Notes under the pieces: generated by a model | The model's database searches: none | Seen by the model: only the letters and a program-made list of their open reading frames with translations | Told to the model about the DNA's origin: nothing | Shown here: positions 25,355 to 34,305 of the stretch, in pieces | Position numbering within the stretch: the first letter of the stretch is position 1 | How the letters are laid out: the number at the start of each line of letters is the position of its first letter | Position numbers and translations under genes: made by a program | DNA from: Alphaproteobacteria bacterium | Lineage (GTDB): Bacteria; Pseudomonadota; Alphaproteobacteria; Rickettsiales; JAFLCR01 | Reading direction: 5' to 3' | DNA: 34,345 nt | NCBI GenBank assembly: GCA_017302755.1 | Contig: JAFLCR010000001.1 | Coordinates: 1 to 34,345 of the forward strand

Positions 25355-26010
25355 GCCAGCTGGCTGATGAGCTTGGCGTCATGCGTCGCGAAAACGACGG
25401 TAGTGCCTTCCTTATGCAGCTCCTCGAACAGGAACAGGAAACGCGTGCTGAGTTCGGGATCAAGATTCCCGGTAGGCTCATCGGCCAGCAGTACTTCGGG
25501 CTTGGCGATCACCGCCCGCGCAATCGCCACCCGCTGCTTCTGCCCGCCCGAGAGCGTTTCCGGGTAGACATGTGCCCAGTCGGCCAGGCCGATCCAGGCC
25601 AGCAGCTCGCGCACATGGCGCCGCGCCTGCGGGCTGTCGCTGCCCGTCACCTTGAGCGGCAGGGCAATGTTTTCTTCCACCGTCATATGGTTCAGCAGCC
25701 GGAAATCCTGATAGACCATGCCGATCTTGCGTTTGACCTGAGGGGTGCGTTCGGGTTCGAGCTGCGTCACGTTCTCGCCGAACATCAGAATGCGGCCCTT
25801 GGTGGGATGCAGCGACAGCGACAGCAGCTTCAAAAGCGACGACTTCCCGGCGCCGCTCTTGCCGGTGAGAAACTGAAAACTTCCCGGCTGCAGGCGGAAA
25901 GAAAGATTCGACAGCACCTCCCTGCCGTTGCGGTACGCGAAGGAAACGCGCTCAAAATCGATGACCGGCGCCTTGGTTTCGGGCAGAGATGAAATCAGAT
26001 GCGGTTTCAT
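25315..26010 (-). CDS. ftsE: FtsE-like cell-division ABC ATPase (no adjacent ftsX)
   Basis: 231 aa. Walker A GKSGAGKSS, LSGGQKQRVAIARA, LLADEPTGNLD, ATHD switch. Size and motifs fit FtsE, and the divergent Zn-ribbon neighbour is, as I recall, the usual alphaproteobacterial context. Confidence 0.75.
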   Translation of the reverse strand: MKPHLISSLPETKAPVIDFERVSFAYRNGREVLSNLSFRLQPGSFQFLTGKSGAGKSSLLKLLSLSLHPTKGRILMFGENVTQLEPERTPQVKRKIGMVYQDFRLLNHMTVEENIALPLKVTGSDSPQARRHVRELLAWIGLADWAHVYPETLSGGQKQRVAIARAVIAKPEVLLADEPTGNLDPELSTRFLFLFEELHKEGTTVVFATHDAKLISQLAYPVLRLEDGRLT

Positions 26011-26074
26011 TAAACGTTTTTTAGTGTTGTGCCTCTACATCCAGAGTAACATGCTTTTCCTCTGAGAAAAGGGA

Positions 26075-26737
26075 ATGATTCTTACCTGCTCCGAATGCGC
26101 GACGCGCTATGTTGTTAAACCTGCTTCGATCCCCGCCGGGGGGCGTACGGTTCGCTGCGCCAAATGCGGACATACCTGGCACCAGGATCCTACGGAAGAT
26201 GTCTCAGCTCTGGAAACGGTAGACATTCCCGCTTTCGCAGAAGACGAGCCGCGGCTTCGCCCCATGTCCTCGGAATCCAATCTGCCGGCGACAAGGGAAC
26301 CGCCTCTGCTTTCCCCACGTTCGCTGAAATGGACGTTTTTCGGCCTGCTGCTGCTGATTGTTATCACTGCCCTGCTGGTTTACCGCGAACCTTTCAGCCG
26401 CATGCTGCCCGGCCTTGGCGCCGTTTACGGCGCGCTTGGCCTCTATGGCAGCGAGGGCGTGGCGCTCAGCAATGTACGAGTTTCACCTATCCCTGGCCGC
26501 AAAACGCAATACCTGGTCGAAGGAGAGCTTATAAACAATTCGGATAAGCCACGTGTTACCCCAAAAATGTATGTCAGCCAACGGGACAAAGATAAAAATA
26601 TATTGGAAACCCAGCCTATTGACCGTGAATCCGCAATGCTTCAGCCGGGCAAAGGCTCTTCCTTCCGTTTCAAAATCACCGACAAGGCTGGCACCACAGC
26701 CTTTCTGACCATCGACCTCGGCAGCGCCCGCAAATAA
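26075..26737 (+). CDS. MJ0042-type zinc-ribbon / DUF3426 membrane protein
   Basis: 220 aa. N-terminus MILTCSECATRYVV...RTVRCAKCGHTW has two CxxC pairs. One TM helix (WTFFGLLLLIVITALLVY), then a beta-rich C-terminal domain. SD is AAGGGA. Confidence 0.8.
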   Translation: MILTCSECATRYVVKPASIPAGGRTVRCAKCGHTWHQDPTEDVSALETVDIPAFAEDEPRLRPMSSESNLPATREPPLLSPRSLKWTFFGLLLLIVITALLVYREPFSRMLPGLGAVYGALGLYGSEGVALSNVRVSPIPGRKTQYLVEGELINNSDKPRVTPKMYVSQRDKDKNILETQPIDRESAMLQPGKGSSFRFKITDKAGTTAFLTIDLGSARK

Positions 26738-26738
26738 C

Positions 26739-27275
26739 GTGACCTTTTCTCCAGAGCCCGTTTCCGTCCTTTTCACCGAACAGCAGATTGCAGAGCGCAA
26801 TGCCGAGCTGGCCAGGGAAATCGCCGAAGCGGTCCCTCCCGGCCTTTTTCTGGTAGCGCTCCTGCGCGGCAGCTTCATGTTCGCCGCCGATCTGATGCGG
26901 GCGCTGCACCACATCGGTGTGCACCCCCAGCTGGATTTCATTACCCTCTCCAGCTATGGCGGGGGAATGAAAAGTTCCGGCAATGTCACGCTGCATCAGG
27001 GATTGACGGAGGACATCGCCGGGCGGCCGGTGGTGCTGGTGGATGACATCCTCGAATCCGGCCGCACGCTGTTTTTTGCCAAGCAGCTTCTTTTAGGGCT
27101 TGGTGCCAAGGAGGTTCGGATCGCAGCGCTGCTTGAGAAGCCCGGCCACCGGGCCGTGCAAATCGATGCAGATTTCGTGGGATTCGTCTGCCCGGACAAA
27201 TTCCTGGTCGGCTATGGGCTGGATTATGGCAATTATTACCGGGAACTGCCATTTATCGGATACTTAAGCCGCTAG
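26739..27275 (+). CDS. hpt: Hypoxanthine phosphoribosyltransferase
   Basis: 178 aa from GTG at 26739, 1 nt after the upstream stop. PRPP-binding motif VVLVDDILESGRTL and C-terminal FLVGYGLDYGNYYRELPFIG. Confidence 0.9.
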   Translation: MTFSPEPVSVLFTEQQIAERNAELAREIAEAVPPGLFLVALLRGSFMFAADLMRALHHIGVHPQLDFITLSSYGGGMKSSGNVTLHQGLTEDIAGRPVVLVDDILESGRTLFFAKQLLLGLGAKEVRIAALLEKPGHRAVQIDADFVGFVCPDKFLVGYGLDYGNYYRELPFIGYLSR

Positions 27276-27343
27276 GCCCGGCTTGCATCCGGCCCCGGGA
27301 TGGCGTAAGTATCCGCTTATGTTAAACTGCCTTTCCGCGCCTC

Positions 27344-30300
27344 ATGACCCCCCCTTTTTCCCAACATCTTTCGTCACTACTCTCCACCATCTCCGCCCGC
27401 CTTCCTGAAGTCGCGGGTAAGGACTTTTCGCCTGAAACCGACCATTTCCTTCGGTTGTATTATTCCGGCGTGCCGCAGATCAACCTGGAGAAGCTCGACC
27501 CCCGCGAGGCCTGCGCCAAGGCGCTGGCAACGCTCGACTTCATGAGCGTGCGTGAACCGGGAAAACCAAAAATTCGCATTTTTACTCCTACTGCTTCGCA
27601 GTTCGGCTGGACCTCGCCGCACACAGTGATCGAAATGATCAACGACGATCAGCCCTTCCTGGTCGATTCGGTCAGTGCCGAATTATCACGTCTTGGCTTC
27701 AGCATTTACGCCATCGTCCACCCCATTCTGGCCGTGGAGCGCGACGCCAAGGGAAAACTTCTTGCCGTACATAGCCGGGAAGCGGAGCCGGACCTGAAGC
27801 AGGAGTCGGTGATTCACGTCGAAATCTCCCCGTTGCCGGATGAGTTTTCCGCTGAAAATCTGGAAGCGCGACTGCGCGAATTGCTGACGGCCGTGCATTA
27901 TTGCGTCAACGACTGGCGGCGCATGGTGGAAAAAGTGGAGTCCTCGCGAAATACGCTGGCGCGCGCTCCTAAGGAATTCACGCCCGAAGACGTCGCTGAG
28001 GCAGAGGCGTTTCTCAACTGGCTGATTGATAAGAACCTGGTCTTCCTCGGCATCGTCGAATACGACTTCGTCGATGAGAAGGGCCGGGAAGCACTGAAAA
28101 TCGTGCCAGGATCGGAGATGGGCCTGTTCCGCTGGGAACCGTTCGACACTCAGACTCGCGGCCTCGCGGCCCTTCCTGGAGAAGTGCATCACCTGTTCCG
28201 GGTTCCCGGTCTGGTGGAAGTTACCAAGTCCAATCAGAAATCGCCTGTCCACCGGCCCGTGCCGATGGAATATATCGGCGTCAAACGCTTTGATGCCAAA
28301 GGACGCGTCATCGGCGAAACGCGCATTCTGGGTCTTTTCACCTCCATCGTCTATTACCAGAATACTGAAACCATCCCGCTCATCCGCCGCAAGATCGCGC
28401 GTATCATTAAACGCTCAGGCTTTGCCTCGGTCAGTTACGACGGCAAAGCGCTGCGCACGATTCTGGAATTCTTCCCCCGTGACGAGCTGTTCCAGATCGA
28501 TGAGGACACGCTACTCGACACCGCCATGGGCATCCTGGCGCTGGAAGGCATGCCCAGCACGCGGCTCTTTGTGCGCAAGGACCGTTACGAACGCTTTGTC
28601 AGCTGCATGGTATTCGTGCCGCGCGAACGTTTCAGCACCGATCTGCGCATGCACATTCAGTCGTTGCTCGAGTCGGCTTACCACGGCGAGCTTTCCACCT
28701 ATTACACGCAGCTGACCGAATCGCCGCTGGCGCGGCTGCATGTCATCATCAAAACCATGCCCGGCGCTGTGCCCTCGCCGGATATCGGCGCGATTGAGCA
28801 GGAGATCGCCCGCGCCGCCACGTGGTGGGGCGACTCCCTGCGCACTCAGCTGCATGCGAAGCATGGGGAAAAACAGGGGGAAACGCTATTCCGCCGCTAT
28901 GCGCGTGCCTTCGCGCCTTCCTATACCAACCGTTATGACAGTCTCGCTGCGGTTCATGATATCTCGAAAATCGAACAGGCGTTGAAAACCGGAAGCCTTG
29001 CCCTCGACCTGTTTGAAGACGTGGATGACGCCACTGGTTTCCGCCTTAAGCTGTATCTTCCCAAGGCACAGCCTTCGCTCTCCGATATTCTTCCCATGCT
29101 GGAAAATATGGGATTGCGCGTGATTGATGAATATCCCTGCTTCGTTACCCCAGAGAATGCGGAAGGCGGCGTATCGATTCGTGATTTCCGCCTGCTGCCG
29201 GCATCAGACATCCGCCCCGCGCTGAATGAAATCAAGACTCTTTTTGAAGATTGCTTTGCCCGGGTATGGTCTGGAGAAACAGAAAGCGACGGTTTCAACC
29301 GCCTGGTCATCCGTGCCGGTTTCACCTGGCGCGAAGTGCTGGTGATGCGCGCTTACAGCCGCTACCTCAAGCAGGCGGGAAGCGCTTTCGGACAGGACTA
29401 TATCGAGCAGGCGCTGACGCGCAATCCGGTGATTGCCCGCCTGCTGAACGAGCTTTTTCACCTGCGCTTCCACCCAGACGCCGCCTGGCGCGATAATACG
29501 CGCCTGAAAGCGTGCCTTCTTGCCATTGACAAGGCGCTCGGCCAGGTGGAGAACCTGGATGAGGACCGCATCCTGCGTCGCTTCGTGGACACGATCCAGG
29601 CAACGCTTCGCACCAACTACTTCCAAATCGAAAAGGGCGGCCTGCCCAAGTCATGGCTTTCCTTCAAGCTGGACTCCAAGAAAGTGCCGGACCTTCCTCT
29701 GCCCCGCCCGCATGTCGAGATCTTTGTCTACTCCACACGGGTAGAAGGCATTCACCTGCGCGGTGGAAAAGTAGCGCGCGGAGGACTGCGCTGGTCTGAC
29801 CGGCGCGAAGATTACCGTACCGAGATTCTCGGCCTCATGAAAGCGCAGATGGTGAAAAACGCCGTAATCGTACCCGTCGGCTCGAAGGGCGGCTTCGTGG
29901 TGAAGCATCCACCCCGTGAAGGCGGGCGCGATGCGCTGATGGCCGAGGGCATCAGCTGCTATCAGACCTATCTGCGCGGTCTGCTTGATCTTACCGACAA
30001 CAACGTGAACGGTCAGGTCGTGCCCCCGCGCGACGTGGTGCGGCACGACGGTGACGATCCTTATCTCGTCGTAGCGGCTGATAAAGGCACGGCGAGCTTC
30101 TCCGATATTGCCAACGGTATTTCTGCCGAATACGGCTTCTGGCTGGGCGACGCTTTCGCCTCTGGCGGCTCGGTAGGTTACGACCATAAAGCCATGGGCA
30201 TCACTGCGAAGGGCGCATGGATTTCCGTAATGCGCCATTTCCGCGAAATGGGCCGTGACACGCAGACAGAGGATTTCACCGTCATCGGCATCGGCGATAT

Positions 30301-32182
30301 GTCCGGCGACGTGTTCGGCAACGGCATGCTGCTGTCGGAGCATATCCGCCTGATCGGCGCCTTCAACCACCTGCACATTTTCCTAGATCCGAGCCCGGAT
30401 GCGAAGAAAAGCTTCGCGGAACGCTCAAGATTGTTCCACCTGCCGCGTTCCTCGTGGACGGATTATGATGCCAAGCTGATTTCCAAAGGCGGCGGCATCT
30501 TCGAGCGGAAAGCGAAAAGTATTTCCCTTAGCCCCGAAGTACAGGCCGCGTTGGGTGTTGATGCTCTAAGCCTGACCCCCGACCAGCTTATTCAGGCCAT
30601 GCTCAAAGCCCCCGTCGACCTGCTCTGGAACGGCGGCATCGGCACATATGTAAAAGCCTCGACGGAAACCCATGCGGACGCAGGCGACAAATCCAACGAC
30701 ACCACCCGCGTCAACGGCGCGGAGTTGCGATGCAAGGTGGTGGGAGAAGGCGGTAATCTTGGCTTCACCCAGAAGGGGCGCATTGAATATGCGCTAACTT
30801 CTCTCGCCACGCGCGGCGGGGGCGGACGCATCAACACGGATGCGATCGATAACTCCGCCGGCGTAGATTGCTCCGACCATGAAGTAAACATCAAGATCGC
30901 CTTCGGAGCGTCAGTTTCCAGCGGCGCGCTCGGCCTGGAGGAACGCAACCGGGTGCTGGAATCCATGACCGATGAAGTTGCTACTCTGGTACTTCGCGAC
31001 AATGAATTACAAACGCAGGCACTTTCCATCGCTGAATCGCAGAGAGCGACACTGCTAGACGCACAGGCAAGGCTGATGCGCCGCCTCGCAAAGGAAGGCC
31101 TGCTCAGCAGGAAAATCGAATTCCTGCCTGATGACACGGAAATTTCCGCGCGCCTGGCGCAGGGCATCGGCCTCACGCGACCAGAACTGTCCGTGATTCT
31201 TGCTTACAGCAAAATGGATCTCTTCCAACAACTCCTGCTCAGCTCGCTGCCGGACGATCCCTATTTCTCCGGTGACCTGCTGCGCTATTTCCCGCAGGCC
31301 ATGCAAGAGCGGTTCCGCGGTGTCGTGGAATCACATCCTCTACGGCGCGAGATCATCGCCACGGTCGTCACCAACTCGATGGTGAACCGCGTCGGCAGCA
31401 CCTTCATGAATCAGCTTGCCGAAGAAACCGGCTTCACATCGCCCGATATCGCCCGCGCCTATACGCTGGCACGCGATGTCTTCGCCCTGCGCAGCCACTG
31501 GAGCACCATCGAGAAACTTGACGGTATGCTTCCTGCCTTGCGGCAAGCCCAGCTTTTTGCCGAGATCAACCGCTTTGTCGCGATCATGACGCGCTGGTTC
31601 CTGCAGCACCACCCCGAACTGTCGGACCTCTCGCCGTTGGCCTTGCTTTACGGCACCGGCATCCAAGTACTCGGCAAATCGTGGCAGGATATTCTTCCTG
31701 CAGAGGCGCAACAAACCGTTGCCGCGCGCCTGGAAGCCCTCGCAGGCGAAGGAATCCCCGAATCTTTGGCTGGATTTGTCGCGTATCTGGAACCACTCTT
31801 GCAAAGCGGCGACATTATCGCCACCGCGCCGTCGGCAGAGGCAATTCCTGCTACGGCGCGTTTGCATTTCTCGCTGGGCGAGGCGCTACAACTGGATTAC
31901 CTGCGAAGCGAAGCAGGGCGCATCCCCTCCGACGCTCATTGGAGCCGCCTGGCCATCACCGGGCTTCTGGATTCACTGTCGCAGCAGCAGGCACACCTGA
32001 CGTCGCATATTCTTTCGGTATACGGCATGGACGGATTTTCCAAATGGCTCAAAACCCATGAGCAAGCGCTGGCCCGCTACAGCCGTTTCCTGGAAGATCT
32101 GCGTACATCTCCCGGCTTCGATCTGGCCATGCTTTCAACAGCCGTCCGCAATCTTCAGGCCTTGTTCCCCATTACTAAATAG
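27344..32182 (+). CDS. gdhB: Large NAD-specific glutamate dehydrogenase (about 180 kDa, GdhB type)
   Basis: 1612 aa. Central catalytic region with VRWSDRREDYRTEILGLMKAQMVKNAVIVPVGSKGGF, ADKGTA, GIGDMSGDVFGNGML, NTDAIDNSAGVDCSDHEVNIKI. Length and motifs are typical of the Bac_GDH family. Confidence 0.93.
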   Translation: MTPPFSQHLSSLLSTISARLPEVAGKDFSPETDHFLRLYYSGVPQINLEKLDPREACAKALATLDFMSVREPGKPKIRIFTPTASQFGWTSPHTVIEMINDDQPFLVDSVSAELSRLGFSIYAIVHPILAVERDAKGKLLAVHSREAEPDLKQESVIHVEISPLPDEFSAENLEARLRELLTAVHYCVNDWRRMVEKVESSRNTLARAPKEFTPEDVAEAEAFLNWLIDKNLVFLGIVEYDFVDEKGREALKIVPGSEMGLFRWEPFDTQTRGLAALPGEVHHLFRVPGLVEVTKSNQKSPVHRPVPMEYIGVKRFDAKGRVIGETRILGLFTSIVYYQNTETIPLIRRKIARIIKRSGFASVSYDGKALRTILEFFPRDELFQIDEDTLLDTAMGILALEGMPSTRLFVRKDRYERFVSCMVFVPRERFSTDLRMHIQSLLESAYHGELSTYYTQLTESPLARLHVIIKTMPGAVPSPDIGAIEQEIARAATWWGDSLRTQLHAKHGEKQGETLFRRYARAFAPSYTNRYDSLAAVHDISKIEQALKTGSLALDLFEDVDDATGFRLKLYLPKAQPSLSDILPMLENMGLRVIDEYPCFVTPENAEGGVSIRDFRLLPASDIRPALNEIKTLFEDCFARVWSGETESDGFNRLVIRAGFTWREVLVMRAYSRYLKQAGSAFGQDYIEQALTRNPVIARLLNELFHLRFHPDAAWRDNTRLKACLLAIDKALGQVENLDEDRILRRFVDTIQATLRTNYFQIEKGGLPKSWLSFKLDSKKVPDLPLPRPHVEIFVYSTRVEGIHLRGGKVARGGLRWSDRREDYRTEILGLMKAQMVKNAVIVPVGSKGGFVVKHPPREGGRDALMAEGISCYQTYLRGLLDLTDNNVNGQVVPPRDVVRHDGDDPYLVVAADKGTASFSDIANGISAEYGFWLGDAFASGGSVGYDHKAMGITAKGAWISVMRHFREMGRDTQTEDFTVIGIGDMSGDVFGNGMLLSEHIRLIGAFNHLHIFLDPSPDAKKSFAERSRLFHLPRSSWTDYDAKLISKGGGIFERKAKSISLSPEVQAALGVDALSLTPDQLIQAMLKAPVDLLWNGGIGTYVKASTETHADAGDKSNDTTRVNGAELRCKVVGEGGNLGFTQKGRIEYALTSLATRGGGGRINTDAIDNSAGVDCSDHEVNIKIAFGASVSSGALGLEERNRVLESMTDEVATLVLRDNELQTQALSIAESQRATLLDAQARLMRRLAKEGLLSRKIEFLPDDTEISARLAQGIGLTRPELSVILAYSKMDLFQQLLLSSLPDDPYFSGDLLRYFPQAMQERFRGVVESHPLRREIIATVVTNSMVNRVGSTFMNQLAEETGFTSPDIARAYTLARDVFALRSHWSTIEKLDGMLPALRQAQLFAEINRFVAIMTRWFLQHHPELSDLSPLALLYGTGIQVLGKSWQDILPAEAQQTVAARLEALAGEGIPESLAGFVAYLEPLLQSGDIIATAPSAEAIPATARLHFSLGEALQLDYLRSEAGRIPSDAHWSRLAITGLLDSLSQQQAHLTSHILSVYGMDGFSKWLKTHEQALARYSRFLEDLRTSPGFDLAMLSTAVRNLQALFPITK

Positions 32183-32222
32183 CTATGGTGTGCGGTAAAC
32201 GCTAAAAATCGGGGCTTTTTTC

Positions 32223-32263
32223 GCAAAAAACCGCGCTTTCCCTTGTGAAGCGCGGTTTTTTGC
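32223..32263. terminator. Strong bidirectional-type intrinsic terminator after gdh
   Basis: Perfect 16-bp stem GCAAAAAACCGCGCTT (32223-32238) / AAGCGCGGTTTTTTGC (32248-32263) with a 9-nt loop. A-tract on one side and T-tract on the other. Confidence 0.8.
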
Positions 32264-32304
32264 GATATACTATATTTAGTAATCTAGGAGTGTTTGCGAC
32301 GTTT

Positions 32305-32847
32305 ATGCCGCCTGCTCTTAACCAGATGCACACACTGGTCCTTAACGCTGATTATCGTCCCTTAAGCTATCATCCCCTTTCTTTGCTCTCTTGGCAGGAT
32401 GCCATCAAAGCTCTTTTAATGGGGCGCGTGCAGGTGGTTTCCGAGTATGATACTTCCGTCCGAAGTCCCAGCGTGGAACTCAAGATTCCAAGCATTGTCT
32501 CCCTTAAGCGCTATATTCCTTCGGACCAGTCCAAACCCGCCTTCACCCGTTTCAACATCTTCCTCAGAGACCGTTTCAGCTGCCAGTATTGCGGCGACTC
32601 CTTTGAATACCGGACATTGACGCTTGATCACGTGTTGCCCAAATCCAAGGGCGGCAAAACCACCTGGGAAAACGTCGTCACCGCCTGCCGCTCGTGCAAT
32701 ATTCAGAAAGGCGACAAGATTCCCGGAAAGAACTTCATGCGCCCGCTGCAAAAACCCGTCATGCCAACAAGCTACGAGCTCCAAAAGCTCAGCCAGGAAA
32801 TGGCGCGCACCTCATTGCCGGATTGCTGGATGGATTATCTGGGGTGA
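32305..32847 (+). CDS. HNH endonuclease family protein
   Basis: The track ORF starts at a GTG in the terminator loop (32245). ATG at 32305 (or 32326) is preferred. HNH/Zn motif CQYCG...LTLDHVLPKSKGGKTTWENVVTACRSCNIQKG. Confidence 0.85.
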   Translation: MPPALNQMHTLVLNADYRPLSYHPLSLLSWQDAIKALLMGRVQVVSEYDTSVRSPSVELKIPSIVSLKRYIPSDQSKPAFTRFNIFLRDRFSCQYCGDSFEYRTLTLDHVLPKSKGGKTTWENVVTACRSCNIQKGDKIPGKNFMRPLQKPVMPTSYELQKLSQEMARTSLPDCWMDYLG

Positions 32848-32865
32848 CACCCCAAACCGGGCGCA

Positions 32866-33003
32866 TTACGCCATCACGGCTTCCACCATCGCCCTTACAT
32901 CAGCCGGATCGACATGGTCACTTTCCATCACCATCTGCATGATGGGATCCTCAAAAAGCTCCTCCAGCGGTGGTTCCTGACCTGCCAGTAGATATTCCGC
33001 CAT
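32866..33003 (-). CDS. Acidic micro-protein (45 aa), function unknown, not on the ORF track
   Basis: Hand translation of the minus strand: MAEYLLAGQEPPLEELFEDPIMQMVMESDHVDPADVRAMVEAVMA*. Strong SD GGGAGG 5 nt before the ATG. Third-position G+C is 27 of 45 codons by my count, which looks similar to nearby genes by eye. Confidence 0.55.
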   Translation of the reverse strand: MAEYLLAGQEPPLEELFEDPIMQMVMESDHVDPADVRAMVEAVMA

Positions 33004-33103
33004 GTCGTCCTCCCTTCTCAGGTTAATTTTTGACCTGGATGTGTTAATATATCGTTACGTTATCCTCAAATTTTACGTTACTTTATAATGCTTTATTTTG
33101 AAT

Positions 33104-33634
33104 CTACCATCGAGTTGAAAGCCATATTGCCAAACGGGAGCCGGGCTGAATAAGCCTATTAAGCACTTGATATCCCCTTGCTTCCTCCGCGCCCGCCTCC
33201 AGCGCCGTATCGTGATGCTCCATTTCTTCGGCACGGAAGCGCTCAAGCTCTTCTTTCAACTCCCCATTTTCCACCCTGGCAATCTGCTCGGCGTAGTGCC
33301 GGTCGATGACCGATTCCACCGCTACCGTGCAAGCCATGGCAGCGTTACGGCTCATTCTGGCCGTTAGCCAGCCGAGCGCGTAGCCCGCCACGCGCCATAC
33401 CGGCAGAAGCACCGTGGGCCTGGTGCCTGTTTCCTTCATGCGCCGCTCAAACGCTTCAAGGTGCACCTGCTCCTGTTCGCGCATATGCCTTATTTCCTGG
33501 TCCGTTAGCACCGCCAGTTGCCCGTCGTAAATCCGTGCCGCCCCAAACTCACCGGCGTGGTTGACGCGCACCAGGCGGCGCAGACGCTCCACCTCGGTTT
33601 CTCCCGCCAGCAACCGGTTTAGGGCCGCACTCAT
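33104..33634 (-). CDS. coq7: Demethoxyubiquinone hydroxylase, Coq7 family (di-iron carboxylate)
   Basis: The track ORF extends to 33706 inside dsbB. ATG at 33634 (MSAALNRLLAGETE...) follows GAGGAG and overlaps the dsbB stop (ATGA). Motifs: RVNHAGEFGAARIYDGQ, EQVHL, ESVIDRHY, EEMEHHD (ExxH di-iron ligands). Confidence 0.87.
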   Translation of the reverse strand: MSAALNRLLAGETEVERLRRLVRVNHAGEFGAARIYDGQLAVLTDQEIRHMREQEQVHLEAFERRMKETGTRPTVLLPVWRVAGYALGWLTARMSRNAAMACTVAVESVIDRHYAEQIARVENGELKEELERFRAEEMEHHDTALEAGAEEARGYQVLNRLIQPGSRLAIWLSTRW

Positions 33635-34137
33635 GATTTTCTCCTCAATGCCTTTCCCATCCACCAAACTGCGGCGGCCAGGCCAAACGACAGCACTGCA
33701 TTCCATCCCGCCATCGATAAACCCAGCACCACCAGTGCGGGCTCATCACAGCGCACCGCTGCAGCACCATTAATGCGCGCCTGTAGATCTTCCAGGCTCA
33801 TGCCGGGCGTGATTTCACCCGTGCATCCATCCGGCCCCGCAATCAAGCGCCACTCCACGGCAGCGTGATAAGAAGCCAATATTCCCCCGGCTACAAAAAC
33901 GATCGTGCATAGCCAGGCCACCAAACCAGCTCTGGAGGTGTTTGCCCTGAGCGTCCATGCCACCACCGCAAGCAGCAACGTCACCGCATAAGGCACGCGT
34001 TGCCACAAGCAAAGATGGCAAGGCCGAAGCCCAAAACCGTATTGCGATACCAAAGCCCCACCGAGGGCCAGCACGCTGGCGATAAAAATAATCGCGGCCG
34101 CCACTCCCGGCGTCATCCGCTGCGCTATAAAGTGCAT
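33631..34137 (-). CDS. dsbB: Disulfide bond formation protein B (DsbB family)
   Basis: 168 aa, four predicted TM segments. First periplasmic loop has the CxxC motif CHLCLWQRVPY. A second Cys pair (CTGE...RCDE) lies in the later loop. Confidence 0.85.
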   Translation of the reverse strand: MHFIAQRMTPGVAAAIIFIASVLALGGALVSQYGFGLRPCHLCLWQRVPYAVTLLLAVVAWTLRANTSRAGLVAWLCTIVFVAGGILASYHAAVEWRLIAGPDGCTGEITPGMSLEDLQARINGAAAVRCDEPALVVLGLSMAGWNAVLSFGLAAAVWWMGKALRRKS

Positions 34138-34277
34138 AAGCCCCGAGTAATGCTTTCTACCATCACAATAAAAATGGCATCAAATATCTATAAGCTTTTT
34201 TGCTGGATTGCCATTGCAAGTTGTTGTTGCATTGCAATATTTCTGCATCTTCTGCATAATCTGGTTGGTTAAGATTC

Positions 34278-34305
34278 TTGACCCCCCATATTTGCTGGGT
34301 ATCAT
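34278..34305 (+). promoter_or_regulatory. Putative sigma70-type promoter of tRNA-Leu
   Basis: TTGACC (34278-34283), 16-nt spacer, TATCAT (34300-34305), ending 13 nt before the first base of the mature tRNA. Confidence 0.55.

Noticed and set aside
29651-30376. 241-aa minus-strand ORF inside the NAD-GDH catalytic region (also 27686-28252, 30592-31176, 31340-31867)
   Set aside because: These are antisense frames of a strongly conserved gene. As I recall, such antisense GDH frames are a known source of spurious annotations. Their composition is junk-like and they have no translation signals.
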